A stretch of DNA of 63,650 bases, counting the filler, from Octopus bimaculoides (lineage: Eukaryota), in NCBI RefSeq assembly GCF_001194135.2. It is 8 parts of 8 records of this genome, joined end to end, with 100 filler letters (N's around TTAATTAATTAA, not from the genome) between each part and the next. Parts side by side here need not be neighbours in the genome. Positions count along the whole stretch, not along the records: positions 1 to 6,746 come from NC_068992.1; positions 6,847 to 12,240 come from NC_068996.1; positions 12,341 to 17,868 come from NC_068983.1; 5 more parts are not named here. One strand, given 5' to 3'. The translations under genes and the position numbers were made by a program. Numbering within the stretch: the first letter of the stretch is position 1; every line of letters starts with the position of its first letter. Under the pieces are notes generated by a model. It was not told the origin of the DNA. It saw only the letters and a list, made by a program, of their open reading frames with translations, and did no database searches. Positions 1 to 13,933 of this stretch are shown in pieces.

Positions 1-9
1 ATATATATG

Positions 10-40
<31 letters not shown>

Positions 41-439
41 GTATATATATATATATGTGTGTGTGTGTGTATTTGTATGTCTGTGTTTGACCTCCCCCCC
101 CACACACACACACATATCTCCGTAACTTAGGGTCGATTTTTCGGCTAAAGGCGGTACTCCAGCATGGCCGCAGTCAAATGACTGAAACAAGTAAAAGAAA
201 TAAAAGAAAACACAAACAATACAAAGATTATGTAACATTTGAAGGCTATCAGCGTTGCTAGGTTTGTCTTATCCTTGTGATTACATAAAACGGCTTATTA
301 TAGAAAATAAATGAGAAACAACAACCAGGAACACATCAACAACCGGAACACCGCCCTAGACACTTTTTGCTACGACTTCTACTAAACGTAACCACATTTT
401 AACCACTAAATAACTATTAAGACATCGTAGTCAACAAAC

Positions 440-937
440 AGCAACAACAACAACAAGAACAGCGGTGGCAGCAGTATCATCATCATCATCGATAACATCA
501 ACAATAACTAAAACAAATAAACAAAATAACAAGCAAACAAACATTAAGTGGAATAGTAATTCGGCCATCAATCACTCGATCATAACCGTCAGCATCATCG
601 TCATCGTCATCGTCATCGTCATCATCGTCATCATCTCCATCACCACTGTCATCATCTTCATAGTTGTCATCGACATAGCCATAGTCGTCGTCGTCATCGT
701 TGTCGTCATTATCATTATCACCATCGTCATCGTCGGCAACGTCGCCGCCGTCGTTGTCATCATGGTCATCATGATCATCACCATCGTCATCATCATCATT
801 ATCATCATCATCATCATCATCATCATAATCATCACTATCATCATCATTATCATCATCATCATCATCATAATAATCATCACTATCATCATCAGCAGCAGCA
901 TTACCATCACCGTCATCACCACTATCAACGTCATCAA

Positions 938-977
<40 letters not shown>

Positions 978-1312
978 NNNNNNNNNNNNNNNNNNNNNNN
1001 NNNNNNNNNNNNNNNNNNNNNNNNNNNNNNNNNNNNNNNNNNNNNNNNNNNNNNNNNNNNNNNNNNNNNNNNNNNNNNNNNNNNNNNNNNNNNNNNNNNN
1101 NNNNNNNNNNNNNNNNNNNNNNNNNNNNNNNNNNNNNNNNNNNNNNNNNNNNNNNNNNNNNNNNNNNNNNNNNNNNNNNNNNNNNNNNNNNNNNNNNNNN
1201 NNNNNNNNNNNNNNNNNNNNNNNNNNNNNNNNNNNNNNNNNNNNNNNNNNNNNNNNNNNNNNNNNNNNNNNNNNNNNNNNNNNNNNNNNNNNNNNNNNNN
1301 NNNNNNNNNNGG

Positions 1313-1353
<41 letters not shown>

Positions 1354-1935
1354 GTCATCATCGTCATCATCAACCTCATCACAACTTTTTAACCCCCCTC
1401 CCTCATCCTAATACACTCTTCCATCCACATCACTTTTTGCCAACATCACAACTTAACACCGTAACATACCACCACCATCACCACACCTTCCCAGCACAAC
1501 CATCGTTGCCACAACACCGCCGCTACTACATAATAGTACTGCTACCACAACCACCACCACCACTACCATCGATACCACCTCACCCTTACCATTACCACTA
1601 CCACCAACACCATCACTGTTGTAATCACCCTCCCCACTGTCACCTCCACCTCCACCATCCTCAACACCACAGTCACTATCATCGCCAACTGCACCATCAC
1701 TACGACAACTATCAGCCCCATCGTGTGCACCATCACCACCACCACCATCATCAACAGAAATACCGTCAGGCTCACCAACATCCCCCCATCCACTTCTACA
1801 ACCACCATCACCAGCATCAGCATCATCCTCATCATCATCATCCTCATCATCATCATCCTCATCATCATCATCCTCACCACCATACCATCACCATCATCAG
1901 CACAGTCATCATCATCATCATCATCATAACAATAT
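440..1935. repeat. Degenerate trinucleotide repeat field, (CAT/ATC)n grading to (CAC)n, with an N-gap
   Basis: Seen directly; explains the poly-I/H/D/M ORFs. Confidence 0.95.
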
Positions 1936-2284
1936 GACGGTGACAGAAATAGCAAAATAAGTTCAGGTCTTGGAATTATTATTTTTTTTTTACTTTTTTC
2001 CTTCTGTTGTTTCGCATGAAAATCTTCAATAGCAGCAAAACTAATTCATAGAGTCTTGGAGAAAAGAAATGATGAAATGATGCTAATATGAGTTTGTCTT
2101 TTGAAGATCATTCTGATTTTCTTTAATTTCCTCCTGTTAATATATAACCAGATTTTTGGTTGCTTGAAGTTTTATCGTCACACGTCGAATCTGGTCGAAT
2201 AATAAATATTTGAAATTAGATTCTCCAAGTCGTTTTATGTAGGCGTGCTATCATCGTAAGTTGTGGATGAGTGAGTAGATAGAA

Positions 2285-3640
2285 TTGTACCAGACAACCA
2301 GTGAAACTACCTAACCAGCTGACCAGCTGACCAGTTGATTTGTTGACCAGTTGGGTGATCTATGGTTCGTATACTGCTGCTGACGTAAATCGTCAGATGA
2401 TCAGCCGAACCAACAGTTCTCAACAAGGATTCATATGCCTCGTGGGGTTCCATGCAAGATTTTGTTGTTCTATTAGCAATAATTTGTTTATACTTCTACA
2501 ATACGCATAATATTTTAATAATTCCCTAATAATATTTAATTATAAAGAAATGTAGTTGGATGTTTTAAACATCAAGAAGCTATGAGGACCCACCCGAATA
2601 GAACACGAACCATACGCGTCCATAGATTGAAAAAAAAAGTATTTGAGAATCACCGAGATAAAAGAGAATTAGCTTAAAGACATTACTCAGAGAGGTCAGA
2701 CGCATGTATTTGACCGACATAAACAAATACAGGTACGTCAAATACCACACAACATAAAATGATTTATTAAAATTCTCTCCGCCTCTAAAAGATAATTACC
2801 AAATGGCAACGGAGACTAAATCCGTTTGAGGAGGAAAGATAATATCGAAAATCAAGAACGCTCCAAAGTCGACATGCTAACAAGGAAAAGGACCGGTTTA
2901 TTATTTAGAGATAAAAGGACAGCTGCGGAGACGCGGTTCTGGATCAGTAGTCCGCCATTAGCACGCGGCAATTATCCTTGTCTTCTGTAGTCAAGGAGCT
3001 TAAACTCAAAAGAAAAAAAAGAACAATTTATGGCCAAGGTAATTGGCATACTTTAAACAAAAAATTAGCGAAGGGAAATAATTCAAAGTAGCCAAAACAA
3101 TTAGATGCTCACTGGCTTGTACTGATTGGTCACTACAGGTGACCAACTGACCAATTAACCAACTGGATGGTCAAAGGATTGTATTCTGCTGTGGCTTTTG
3201 CTCAAAAAAATAAGCTAAAAACGTTGAGTGTTAATTGGTTTGAATCGTCTAGCCACCAGACAAGAAAATAAACCAGCCGATCGACTAAGCACGTGACCAG
3301 TACTTAGTGGCGTGTATACAGTTGTCGCTAACAAATTATCAATTGAACGTTCTTCCATTTATATATTGTAGCCATCAGACAACTAAATAAAGCAGCTGGT
3401 CAATTGACTAGGTGACCACTTTAACGCTCAGTAGTTTGTATATTGCTATCGCTACTAGTTAGCTGACCAGCAGACCAATTGAGAGTTCTTGATCTATATA
3501 TTGTAACCATCGGATAACTTAAGAAATCAGTTGGTCAACTGACTGAGTGACCTCTTCAATGCTGAATGTATTGTATACTGCTGTGGCTGCTAGTTTGATA
3601 AACAGTTGACCGGTGGATTAGTTAAATATAAGATCCTCAC
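2285..3640. repeat. Degenerate ~135-bp tandem/dispersed repeat
   Basis: 3361-3495 and 3496-3630 align with a 135-bp period (atatattgtaRccatcRga...tggtcaaYtgact...gtgacc...ttgtataYtgct). Decayed copies lie at ~3245-3360, ~3130-3200 and ~2285-2375. Confidence 0.75.
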
Positions 3641-4299
3641 TCTATGAGAAAAGTAAACTCGAACCAATGAAATTGTCTTTATGTTGCCACTTGATGTGCA
3701 AGAAATAGCAACCTATTCTCCAACAAATCACACGTTGACATATTAACAAAGAAGGAAAGAAAATATTGTTGATGTAGTCCTGGATACATTATTTGAAAAT
3801 AAGACTGGATTGTCATGGCTTAAACGCTTTCCTCATAGGTCTGATTGAGCTGAGCTGAACTGTGACTACACAACAGCTACGAGCTTAACCAGCTGAGTGG
3901 TCATTGCTTCGTGTCTTGAAGCCGCCAGACAAGCCATCCTGCTGAGAGGCTAACGGTAACTATTCCGTTACAGTTTTTGAAGATTGTCTCTAACAAGAGA
4001 TTTATTAAGCGCCTTGACCACTATGGCTACTTGCCTGTGAATAGGTCCCACGTTGTTCAGGATTTATCAAGAATGAACCAATGAGAAAGCCTGTACCTGA
4101 TGGTTTGAGCAGTCAAAACAGAAGCAGCAGTCAAAACAGAAGCAGCAGTCAACTCTGTTTCAACCCATTCTTGCTTAGTGCTCGTTTTAAAACGGAGGGA
4201 TTCATTAGATAATGTAACCAGGAGTACAGAAGACGTTGAGTAAATGATGGGATGACCAAGGCTGCAATAACTTTTTTCTCATAGATCGGTTCGATCAGG

Positions 4300-4962
4300 A
4301 CCTACTAAGAGCTAAACGACAACAACGGCGACACAAAAGTTTGTCTTGAGCTTTGAGTCCCCTGAGGATGCTTTTGACTGAGATATTCGGAACATCTAAA
4401 TAACAGAGAGGACAAGGATCCTCCTGTCAAGCCTGGATGGAAGGCCAATTCACTGCAGGAATAACCCCTATGTTTTTCAGCAACTTCTGTTGTGGAAATG
4501 ATTGTGTAGTCCCTTATTGCGTAATCCTTTTTCATGTCGTTTTTGTACTTCTTCCTTTGTTTCTCCGCTTTTCTATTTCCTTCAATACTCCCTCATTCCT
4601 AACTGACACCAGCAAGATTTCCTTATTTTGGGATAGACATCTCACTAAGCTCTCGAGTTCGATACGTACGCAGTCTTCCACACTTATCTGTCCCCTTCCT
4701 CAATTTGTTCTCTTCGTGTATAGACGATCAGTGTCTGCACGTGGATGATGGGCTCCATGCATCGTTAGGAGCTCTCTTGACTCCCTGTTCAACTCCTTTA
4801 GCTCCCCCCCCCTGTCCACTTCAGGATTCCAGCGCCATACCGAACTACAGCTGCGCGCGAGTTTATTGCCGAAATTATGTTCCTGGCATTTAGCTTTGAA
4901 GCCAATATTTTTCTCACTTACCGCAGGTACTCTCTCTTTGTCTGTTCTTTCGTATCATTGTG

Positions 4963-4963
<1 letters not shown>
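4300..4963 (-). mobile_element. R4/Dong-clade (RLE) non-LTR retrotransposon fragment
   Basis: Minus strand reads EYLR*VRKILASKLNARNIISAINSR..VVRYGAG...HPRADTDRLY...GRGQISVEDCV. The 5' junction abuts (TAA)n at 4964-5038. Confidence 0.8.
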
Positions 4964-5040
<77 letters not shown>

Positions 5041-6504
5041 AGGGAGTGGTATTGGTAAAATTGGACAACATGCTTGGCGGCATTTCTGCTGGCTCTTTAC
5101 ATTTTGACTTCAAATCTCGCCAAAGTCAACTTTGCCTTTCATTCTTTTGGAGTCGATAAAACAAGTACCAGCCGAGTACAGGTTTCGAGACAGCCGACTT
5201 AAGCTCTCCACTTTTATTTGCCTCTCACTCACTCAAAGTTACAAAATACATTCTACAGAATACTAGCAAATGATCGTAAGGACGTGTAGCTGCCTTTTAA
5301 TACATTTACTTTCTCATCTTATTAACGACTAGCGGCATATCGACAACCTCTATTCAGGAATCTTACCTCTGATTCTGCTAACCACTAATAACAGACCAAC
5401 AACAAAACGATAGAATGGCGTGAGTGAGCGCTGCTTTAAAACTGATCAAAACAATAAAAAAAAATCTTCGTAAAATAATTGTAATATGATGAAAGTAGTA
5501 AGTATATATAACACTCGAGGGAATAATAAGATGTTGCTCTACTCTGGACATCTTGGAGAAGGTGAGAAGGATTATGTTTTCCTTGTCATGTATCATTATT
5601 ATATACCGGAAGATCCTTTTTGCAAGAAACTAAAATATGATAAAATGAAATGAGAAAACGTAATACGATTCTGTTTTAGAAATTTTACTGCTAGAGGTGA
5701 GGTAGATGTATGACAGAGAATGAAGAAAGCTGACATTTCCAAGTTAATAAATATTGACAGATTACGGTATTAGTTATAATGATGGAGTGATAAAAGCAAT
5801 GAAAACAACTTGCAACCAATTGTATCAAGAGACACAAGGAAAAGAAAGCAGGAGGGAATGAGAAAGAATTCATTTTAATGGAGAGAGTTATGACTGTTAG
5901 TTTTTGAACTGGAAATTTAACGATAACACGATAAATAACGAGAGCTTCAGTCTTAAGTTACTGTGTTTATTTGCTTTAGGAGAGACAATGACTATCCGTC
6001 ATATACAGTAAGTTGTTGGAAAGAGTGTAAAGTTGATCAGTCAAATCAGGTGCTGGACTGTTAATAAAGGAGGCAGTTCCAAGTTCGAACCTCATCATGA
6101 AAGCTGAGCCAATGACAAAGAAAAAAATTACTTTCTTTAATAGCAGCCAACAAGCAAGACCTCTACATTTTACACGTTACGACACCTAAGACTTCTATTT
6201 ACCTATTTAACAATGATTTTTTTTACGAATTTCTCTTAAGTCGTTCCGTATTGTCTTGAATAAAAGAAAGATGCATTAGACGATGCATATACAACACGTA
6301 TATCTATACTATATATAAAACAGAGATGTGTGTGTAATCGCTTTTCGCGTGAAATCGACTTCACCAAATGCTTCCATACTTGTAATGCATGAATAATTTG
6401 ACCTCGGATATATCTTAGGCTCTTCATTTGATTTTTTTAATTAAAAATAAATAATATTGCTTTATATTTAAGATTCACTTCTTTAGAAAGGTTCCTCAAT
6501 GTCA

Positions 6505-6523
6505 ACTTCCGGTATTGACGTAA
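6505..6523. promoter_or_regulatory. Adjacent ETS (ACTTCCGG) and CRE-like (TGACGTAA) motifs
   Basis: Motifs seen directly in CpG-retaining unique sequence; no functional evidence. Confidence 0.2.
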
Positions 6524-6790
6524 CAACGGCAAAAAGCTTCACTCTCTATTTTGTGTGTGAATGTGTGTGTTCGTGTGTATGAGAGGTATGAGAGAGAGAG
6601 AGAGTAAATACTACATACACACCGCTCTCTCACTCTGTCTCACACACATACACACGCACACACACATCCCTTGACTCACTCACACTCTGTCTCTTACAAA
6701 CACACACATACATAAATGTATACAAACATATTTACAAAGACACATGNNNNNNNNNNNNNNNNNNNNNNNNNNNNNNNNNNNNNNNNNNNN

Positions 6791-6802
6791 TTAATTAATT
6801 AA
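6791..6802. other. Artificial assembly spacer TTAATTAATTAA within 100-bp N blocks (also 12285, 17913, 43763, 53795, 60752, 62115)
   Basis: Seven identical 12-mers, each embedded in ~44 N per side; palindromic with stops in all six frames. Confidence 0.95.
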
Positions 6803-6924
6803 NNNNNNNNNNNNNNNNNNNNNNNNNNNNNNNNNNNNNNNNNNNNTATATATATATGTATATATATTTATATACACATACATATATGTGTTTGCGTGTG
6901 TATGTGTGTGTGTGTGTGTGTGTA

Positions 6925-7514
<590 letters not shown>

Positions 7515-7515
<1 letters not shown>

Positions 7516-7850
7516 CGGTATGGTTGTGTAGTAAGAAGCTTGCTTCCCAACCGCATGGTTCCGGGTTCAGTCCCACTGCATAGCAAGTGTCTTCTACTAT
7601 AGCCTCGCCGACCAAAACTTTGTGACTGGATTTGGTAGACGGAAACTGAAAGAAACCCATATTATACATGTGTGTGTGTGTGTTGTGTGTGCGCGTGTGT
7701 GTGTTTGTGTGTGTGTNNNNNNNNNNTAGAATAAGTACTAGGCTTACAAAGAATAAGTCCTGAGGTCGATTTCTTCTGCTAACAACTTTTAAGGCGGTGC
7801 TCCAGCATGGCTGCATTGAAATGACTGAAACAAAGAAAAGAATAAAATAA
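7515..7850 (+). mobile_element. tRNA-derived SINE, family A, with a central microsatellite
   Basis: Same head (aagaagcttgcttcccaacc...ggttcagtccc) and tail (aaggcggtgctccagcatggc...tgactgaaac) as 48487-48845. Other pieces: ~80-210 +, ~11270-12040 -, ~12700-12875 -, ~13655-13870 -, ~15335-15420 -, ~18330-18480 -, ~53340-53620 -. Confidence 0.9.
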
Positions 7851-9149
7851 TATATGTGTGTATTTTTATATATATATATACGTATTTTTGTGTGCGTGTG
7901 TGTGTTTGTGTGTGTAAACTTCATTATATATCATGAAAATGTTGAGTCTGCCTTCTGTTTTTTACATATATTAACGTACATATATATTGCACACTAAAGC
8001 CGAAGCCTTTATTTGCTTATTTGAATCATTGTCTCCATATCTACTCACTTGGATTCCCCTTTTAACCACTTTTTACCCTGCCACTCTTTGTTCCTTGATG
8101 AAGATATCGGAGTGTAGGTTCAAACCATTTCAGCGCTATTAAGTATTTTTTCTATATTGAGGTTCTTTCGATCCCATCTGTTGACTGGTGAAAATAGGAA
8201 AAAATAGAACTCAGAATATGAGTATATGTATATTTTTATTGATATTTAGCAGAAGTAACAGAGTGACTCAAGGTCCGAGAGTTTCGTGCATTGGCACGTA
8301 TCAGACTCTTTGATAAGTGCCAACGAACGAAGCTCTCGAGCCATGAGTTACTCTGTCACTTCTGCTAAATATTATTATTATTATTATTATTATTATTATN
8401 NNNNNNNNNNNNNNNNNNNNNNNNNNNNNNNNNNNNNNNNNNNNNNNNNNNNNNNNNNNNNNNNNNNNNNNNNNNNNNNNNNNNNNNNNNNNNNNNNNNN
8501 NNNNNNNNNNNNNNNNNNNNNNNNNNNNNNNNNNNNNNNNNNNNNNNNNNNNNNNNNNNNNNNNNNNNNNNNNNNNNNNNNNNNNNNNNNNNNNNNNNNN
8601 NNNNNNNNNNNNNNNNNNNNNNNNNNNNNNNNNNNNNNNNNNNNNNNNNNNNNNNNNNNNNNNNNNNNNNNNNNNNNNNNNNNNNNNNNNNNNNNNNNNN
8701 NNNNNNNNNNNNNNNNNNNNNNNNNNNNNNNNNNNNNNNNNNNNNNNNNNNNNNNNNNNNNNNNNNNNNNNNNNNNNNNNNNNNNNNNNNNNNNNNNNNN
8801 NNNNNNNNNNNNNNNNNNNNNNNNNNNNNNNNNNNNNNNNNNNNNNNNNNNNNNNNNNNNNNNNNNNNNNNNNNNNNNNNNNNNNNNNNNNNNNNNNNNN
8901 NNNNNNNNNNNNNNNNNNNNNNNNNNNNNNNNNNNNNNNNNNNNNNNNNNNNNNNNNNNNNNNNNNNNNNNNNNNNNNNNNNNNNNNNNNNNNNNNNNNN
9001 NNNNNNNNNNNNNNNNNNNNNNNNNNNNNNNNNNNNNNNNNNNNNNNNNNNNNNNNNNNNNNNNNNNNNNNNNNNNNNNNNNNNNNNNNNNNNNNNNNNN
9101 NNNNNNNNNNNNNNNGACGTAATTATGTTAATTTCTCTAATTCTCTCTC

Positions 9150-9176
9150 TCTATATATATATATATATATAAAACT

Positions 9177-9223
<47 letters not shown>

Positions 9224-9330
9224 CCTGTAGAACTGTGGAAGTTCACAAATGATTTTCTCCAAAACTGGGAATATACATTACTTATGTTCTTGAGATGGTT
9301 TTAGACTCTTAAATTTTTTCACTGTATTAA
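9150..9330 (+). mobile_element. Possible non-autonomous Helitron 5' portion
   Basis: TC-TATATATAAAA start followed by (GT)n, the same layout as the Helitron at 44262; no 3' hairpin/CTAG found. Confidence 0.3.
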
Positions 9331-11159
9331 CTCTGAATGCAGATGGCTTTGTGGTTAGGGTAATCGGTTCACGATCGCAAGGTTTTGATTTCGATTCCCG
9401 GTGGAGCACTGTGTCCTTGCGCAAGACACTTTATTTCTCGTTGCTTCAGTCCACTCAGCTGGCAAAAATGAGTATTACTTGTATTTCAAAGGGCCAGCCT
9501 TGTCACATTCTGTATCACGCTGAATCTCCCTAAGAACTATGTTAAGAGTACACATGTCTGTGGAGTACTCAGCCATTTGAACGTTAATGTTATGAGGAGT
9601 CTCTTTCGTTGATCGAATCAACTGGAACTCTTGTCGTCGCAACCGACGGAGTTCCAATTTAATGTAATTGTAACTGTATGTTTTCTTCTTGTTGTAGTTG
9701 CTATTTAGCTACAGTTAAGATACGATTGAGCAAACCTACAAATGAAGGCATCCTGTTTTTAACAGCTTGGCGCGATTTGAGAGATTTTGCTCTTATTTCT
9801 AGCAAGTTGATCGTCCATGTACACACTTCTCCTTGTTTGTTTCATAACTTTATTGTCACTTTTTCTTTTTGCATTTGCGACGGTCGTGGTGGGGGTAGTT
9901 GTTGTTGTCGTTGTTGTTAGTGGTGGTAGTGGGGGTGGATGTGTGTGTTTGTGTGTTTGTGTGTCTGTTTTTTTTTTTCGTGTATATGTCTGTGTGTGTC
10001 TTTGTGTGTGTATATATATGTATTTGCACGCATCCTGCGTGTGTATGATGGCTACGATATACAGCTTGGTGTCGGTGGAAGTCACAAACAGGATTTAAAG
10101 AAATTATTTTCAGTTATATGACGTAAAATGTAGCGAGAGATGATTGGAAAAAGAAAATGGATTTATGTATGGATGCATCGAATCGGCACCTGACAGCCGA
10201 TAGTTATTAGATTGGTGGGGTGGTGTTTGGCATTTCAATACATTTTACCAACTTGACAGCCGAAGACACTGTAAGAGATCTGATGAACACCGTTGTCAAA
10301 AGCGTCAATTTTATTCGTTTTAAACGCTATCAGTCACCGCCAGTTTGTCGAATTGTTTCAAATAACTAGAGTCAGATTTCACTGAGAATGGTATATTTTC
10401 CAATGTTGAATGATTTAAGACGCTGAGTTGTTTTGCCACGACGCATTGCATTAGCGATTCTGCTTCAAGATTTTTCCCCGTTTGAAATGAAATGAAATAA
10501 ATGAATAAATAAATAAATAAATATGAAATAAAAACAGTGCGTTGCAAGAGACGGAGGAGAAGTCATCGACCTACACTTTTGATTGATTATGAAGTGTAGC
10601 AATCAGATCAGACTTGTATGTTCTCTGACAGATATCAGCACTGAATTAAACAAACTTGAAGTAAAAGGGACACTTGATTTGTGACTTGGCACAAGTTTTG
10701 CGAGAAATTCGGGCAAAACTAGACTTATTTGTGTCACTAAAAGTCAACAAAGACTTGAAAGCACACATAAATATATGTATATATTATTCAGTTCGGTTGA
10801 CAGATATTGCAAGTAACTTTTACAATAACGAAAGTAGATATGACGACATTTCTTTATGATATTTTCTTTTCTTTTCTTTTCTTTTTTTTTTGTCTCATTT
10901 ACAGGGATTTTTCTAGGGAGTAAGGTTACTTTTGTTTCCGTTTTTTTTTTCGTTTTTTTTTTAACAACGCAAGGAAAAGTCGATTTTAGAAAGTTAGATT
11001 AAATATCGAAATAAATCTAAAGCCGATGAATTCACATAGATTTGCTAGTGTCATGCATCGTGATTATATATTATAAAAAGTGACATACGTTTGTGATTTC
11101 CTATGCATTTTAATAGATAGATAGATAAATGGATAGATAGACAGATAGATAGAGAGATT

Positions 11160-11193
<34 letters not shown>

Positions 11194-12002
11194 TAGATAG
11201 ATAGATAGTATATAAACGGAGTCTTGCTGATGTTAACGTACATAAATAATGATTGTGTGTATATGGTGGGTACGCTTTTACCTGTTTCAGTCATTCGAAT
11301 GCAGCCATGCTGGAGCACCGCCTTTAGTCGAAAAAATCGACGGCAGGACTTATTCTTTGTAAGCCTAGTACTTATTATATCGGTTTTTTTTGCCGAACCG
11401 CNNNNNNNNNNNNNNNNNNNNNNNNNNNNNNNNNNNNNNNNNNNNNNNNNNNNNNNNNNNNNNNNNNNNNNNNNNNNNNNNNNNNNNNNNNNNNNNNNNN
11501 NNNNNNNNNNNNNNNNNNNNNNNNNNNNNNNNNNNNNNNNNNNNNNNNNNNNNNNNNNNNNNNNNNNNNNNNNNNNNNNNNNNNNNNNNNNNNNNNNNNN
11601 NNNNNNNNNNNNNNNNNNNNNNNNNNNNNNNNNNNNNNNNNNNNNNNNNNNNNNNNNNNNNNNNNNNNNNNNNNNNNNNNNNNNNNNNNNNNNNNNNNNN
11701 NNNNNNNNNNNNNNNNNNNNNNNNNNNNNNNNNNNNNNNNNNNNNNNNNNNNNNNNNNNNNNNNNNNNNNNNNNNNNNNNNNNNNNNNNNNNNNNNNNNN
11801 NNNNNNNNNNNNNNNNNNNNNNNNNNNNNNNNNNNNNNCATTTTGAATCCTAGTACTTATTCCATCGGTGACTTTTGCCGAACCGCTATGTTACGGGGAT
11901 GTAAACACAGCAACATCGGCCATCAAGCGGTGGTTGAGGACAAACACAGACACACACACATACAAACACACACTCACTCACACACACACAAACACACACA
12001 TA

Positions 12003-12040
<38 letters not shown>

Positions 12041-13892
12041 GTAGCTAAGCGGTATTTCGTCTGTCATAGCGTTCTGAGTTCAAATTCTGCCGAGGTGGTC
12101 TATTTTGGCTTTCATCCTATCGGGGTCGATAAATTAAGTACCAGCTGAACACTGGGGTCGATGAAATCAACTAAAAACAACTAAAAACTGGTGGGCTTGC
12201 GCATATAGTGGGCTTGTGCATATATATATGTATATATATANNNNNNNNNNNNNNNNNNNNNNNNNNNNNNNNNNNNNNNNNNNNTTAATTAATTAANNNN
12301 NNNNNNNNNNNNNNNNNNNNNNNNNNNNNNNNNNNNNNNNGCGTCTACTGTTAACCTCCGGAATGGTTAGTTTTTCATTGTTTTTTTCTTCTTGTTTTTG
12401 CCTTTGTGAGTTACAAGTGATGCTATCTGTGGGATTCTCAGCTTTTTTAGCTGCTATTTCTGAACTTCGGTATATGGTGAAGCAAATATTTGCTGATCCC
12501 TTAATTATGTTTATATATATATATATATATATAGATGGGGGAGAATATACGAAAAAACAACAACAGACGAGGACAGGTGGTGTAAATAACAAAAGGATGT
12601 ATTAGTATGACGCTCGGGAATACGGAAAGTCTTTGACGTTTCAACAGAAAGAATACGGAGACAAGGAGAAAAACACGGAGAAAAAAAATTGAATAGTGTC
12701 CAGTCAACGGTCAAGACAGGCTTCTTCTTTCAGTTTCCATCTGCCAAATTTGCTCACAAGGCTTTGGTTGACCCAAGGCTATAGTAGAAGATAGTTGCCC
12801 AAGGTACCATGCTGTGAGACTGAACATGGAACACTGTGGTAGGATAGCAAACTTCTTATCATACCCCCACACCTGCACCTACAAAACCAAATATAAATAC
12901 AAAGTGACGGATAAACAGACTTAACTTGCCGTACATATCCATACATAATTTTTATTTTCGTGTACTAAAATTATCCAACTCTGCTAGTTATTGGTAATTG
13001 TCACAGACAGAGATGGTGCTGTTTCGCTGGTTTTGCTGTGTTTTCCAGCTGCCTACATTCTTCATTCTTAGTCTTCATAAATTCTGAAATTTCTTTTTAA
13101 TGTGTCTTGAGTAATCTAATATTCGAGTGAATAGCAGCCTGGGTGGGGAATGAATTCATTAAGCTATACATAGCTATTGGTACTTTTTTTGTTCATATTA
13201 CATATAATTTCATAATAATCTACTTCGACTTGCTAATTCTAAACCAATTTTAGGTATTAAGATACACTATTAAAAGCCATACTGGGTGCCGGTCTCTTGA
13301 AATTTTATGAAGGTGCTTCTCAGTTTGGTTGTTTTCAGTGTTTCCATGGTTAAACTAAATTTCTCTTGCCTTGTGGTGTATGTAGTATTTGTTTTGCTAT
13401 AGTAAGTAAGACAGACTACAACAAGGCTAGGCTTATGTTGATATGTTGTTGCTGTGTATCAGCTCTAGTCAAACAGATGAATGATCAAAGGTGTCCCAGA
13501 CTGAATAATCTGTCAGGTTTTTTTTTTTTTTTTCTCTCAGACTTCATTATTTAATGTCCTTTCTTTTATAATGATTTGATCAGGAATTAATTTCTATTTT
13601 TAGTAAAAGAAAAGGGAAAAAAAACAGCGCTTTCTTTACCTTTCCTCTTTATTTTTTTTACTTGTTTTGGTCATTGGACTGTGGCCATGCTGGGGCAATG
13701 CCTTGAAGGGTTTTAATCAAACAAATCAGATCCACTACTTACTTATTAAGTCAAGTGCTTATTCTGTCTGTTTCTTTTGCTAATCCCAAAGTTATGGAAA
13801 TGTAAACATACCAACATGGAGTATCAAGCAGTAGGGGAAAGAAACACACACACACACATATATATCGAGAGAGAGTTGTGAATGTGTGTGTG

Positions 13893-13930
<38 letters not shown>

Positions 13931-13933
<3 letters not shown>

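Noticed and set aside
465-1955. Long ORFs (490, 294, 134, 130 aa)
   Set aside because: Translations of (CAT)n/(CAC)n repeats and an N-gap; homopolymeric in every frame. The same applies to poly-HT, -CV, -Y, -L, -RE, -V and X-filled ORFs elsewhere.
4109-4152. 18-bp tandem duplication (similar small duplications at ~15613-15685 and ~30830-30885)
   Set aside because: Ordinary slippage duplications with no further structure.
5531-5561. ATG...G|gtgaga mini first exon (MLLYSGHLGE), phase 1 like CARMIL exon 1
   Set aside because: No similarity to CARMIL N-termini and no downstream partner exon found.
10589-10684. Short ORF MKCSNQ...DISTELNKLEVKGTLDL containing KLEVKG, as in human CARMIL1 exon 2
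   Set aside because: Stop four codons later, flanking residues do not align and no suitable splice sites; probably chance.
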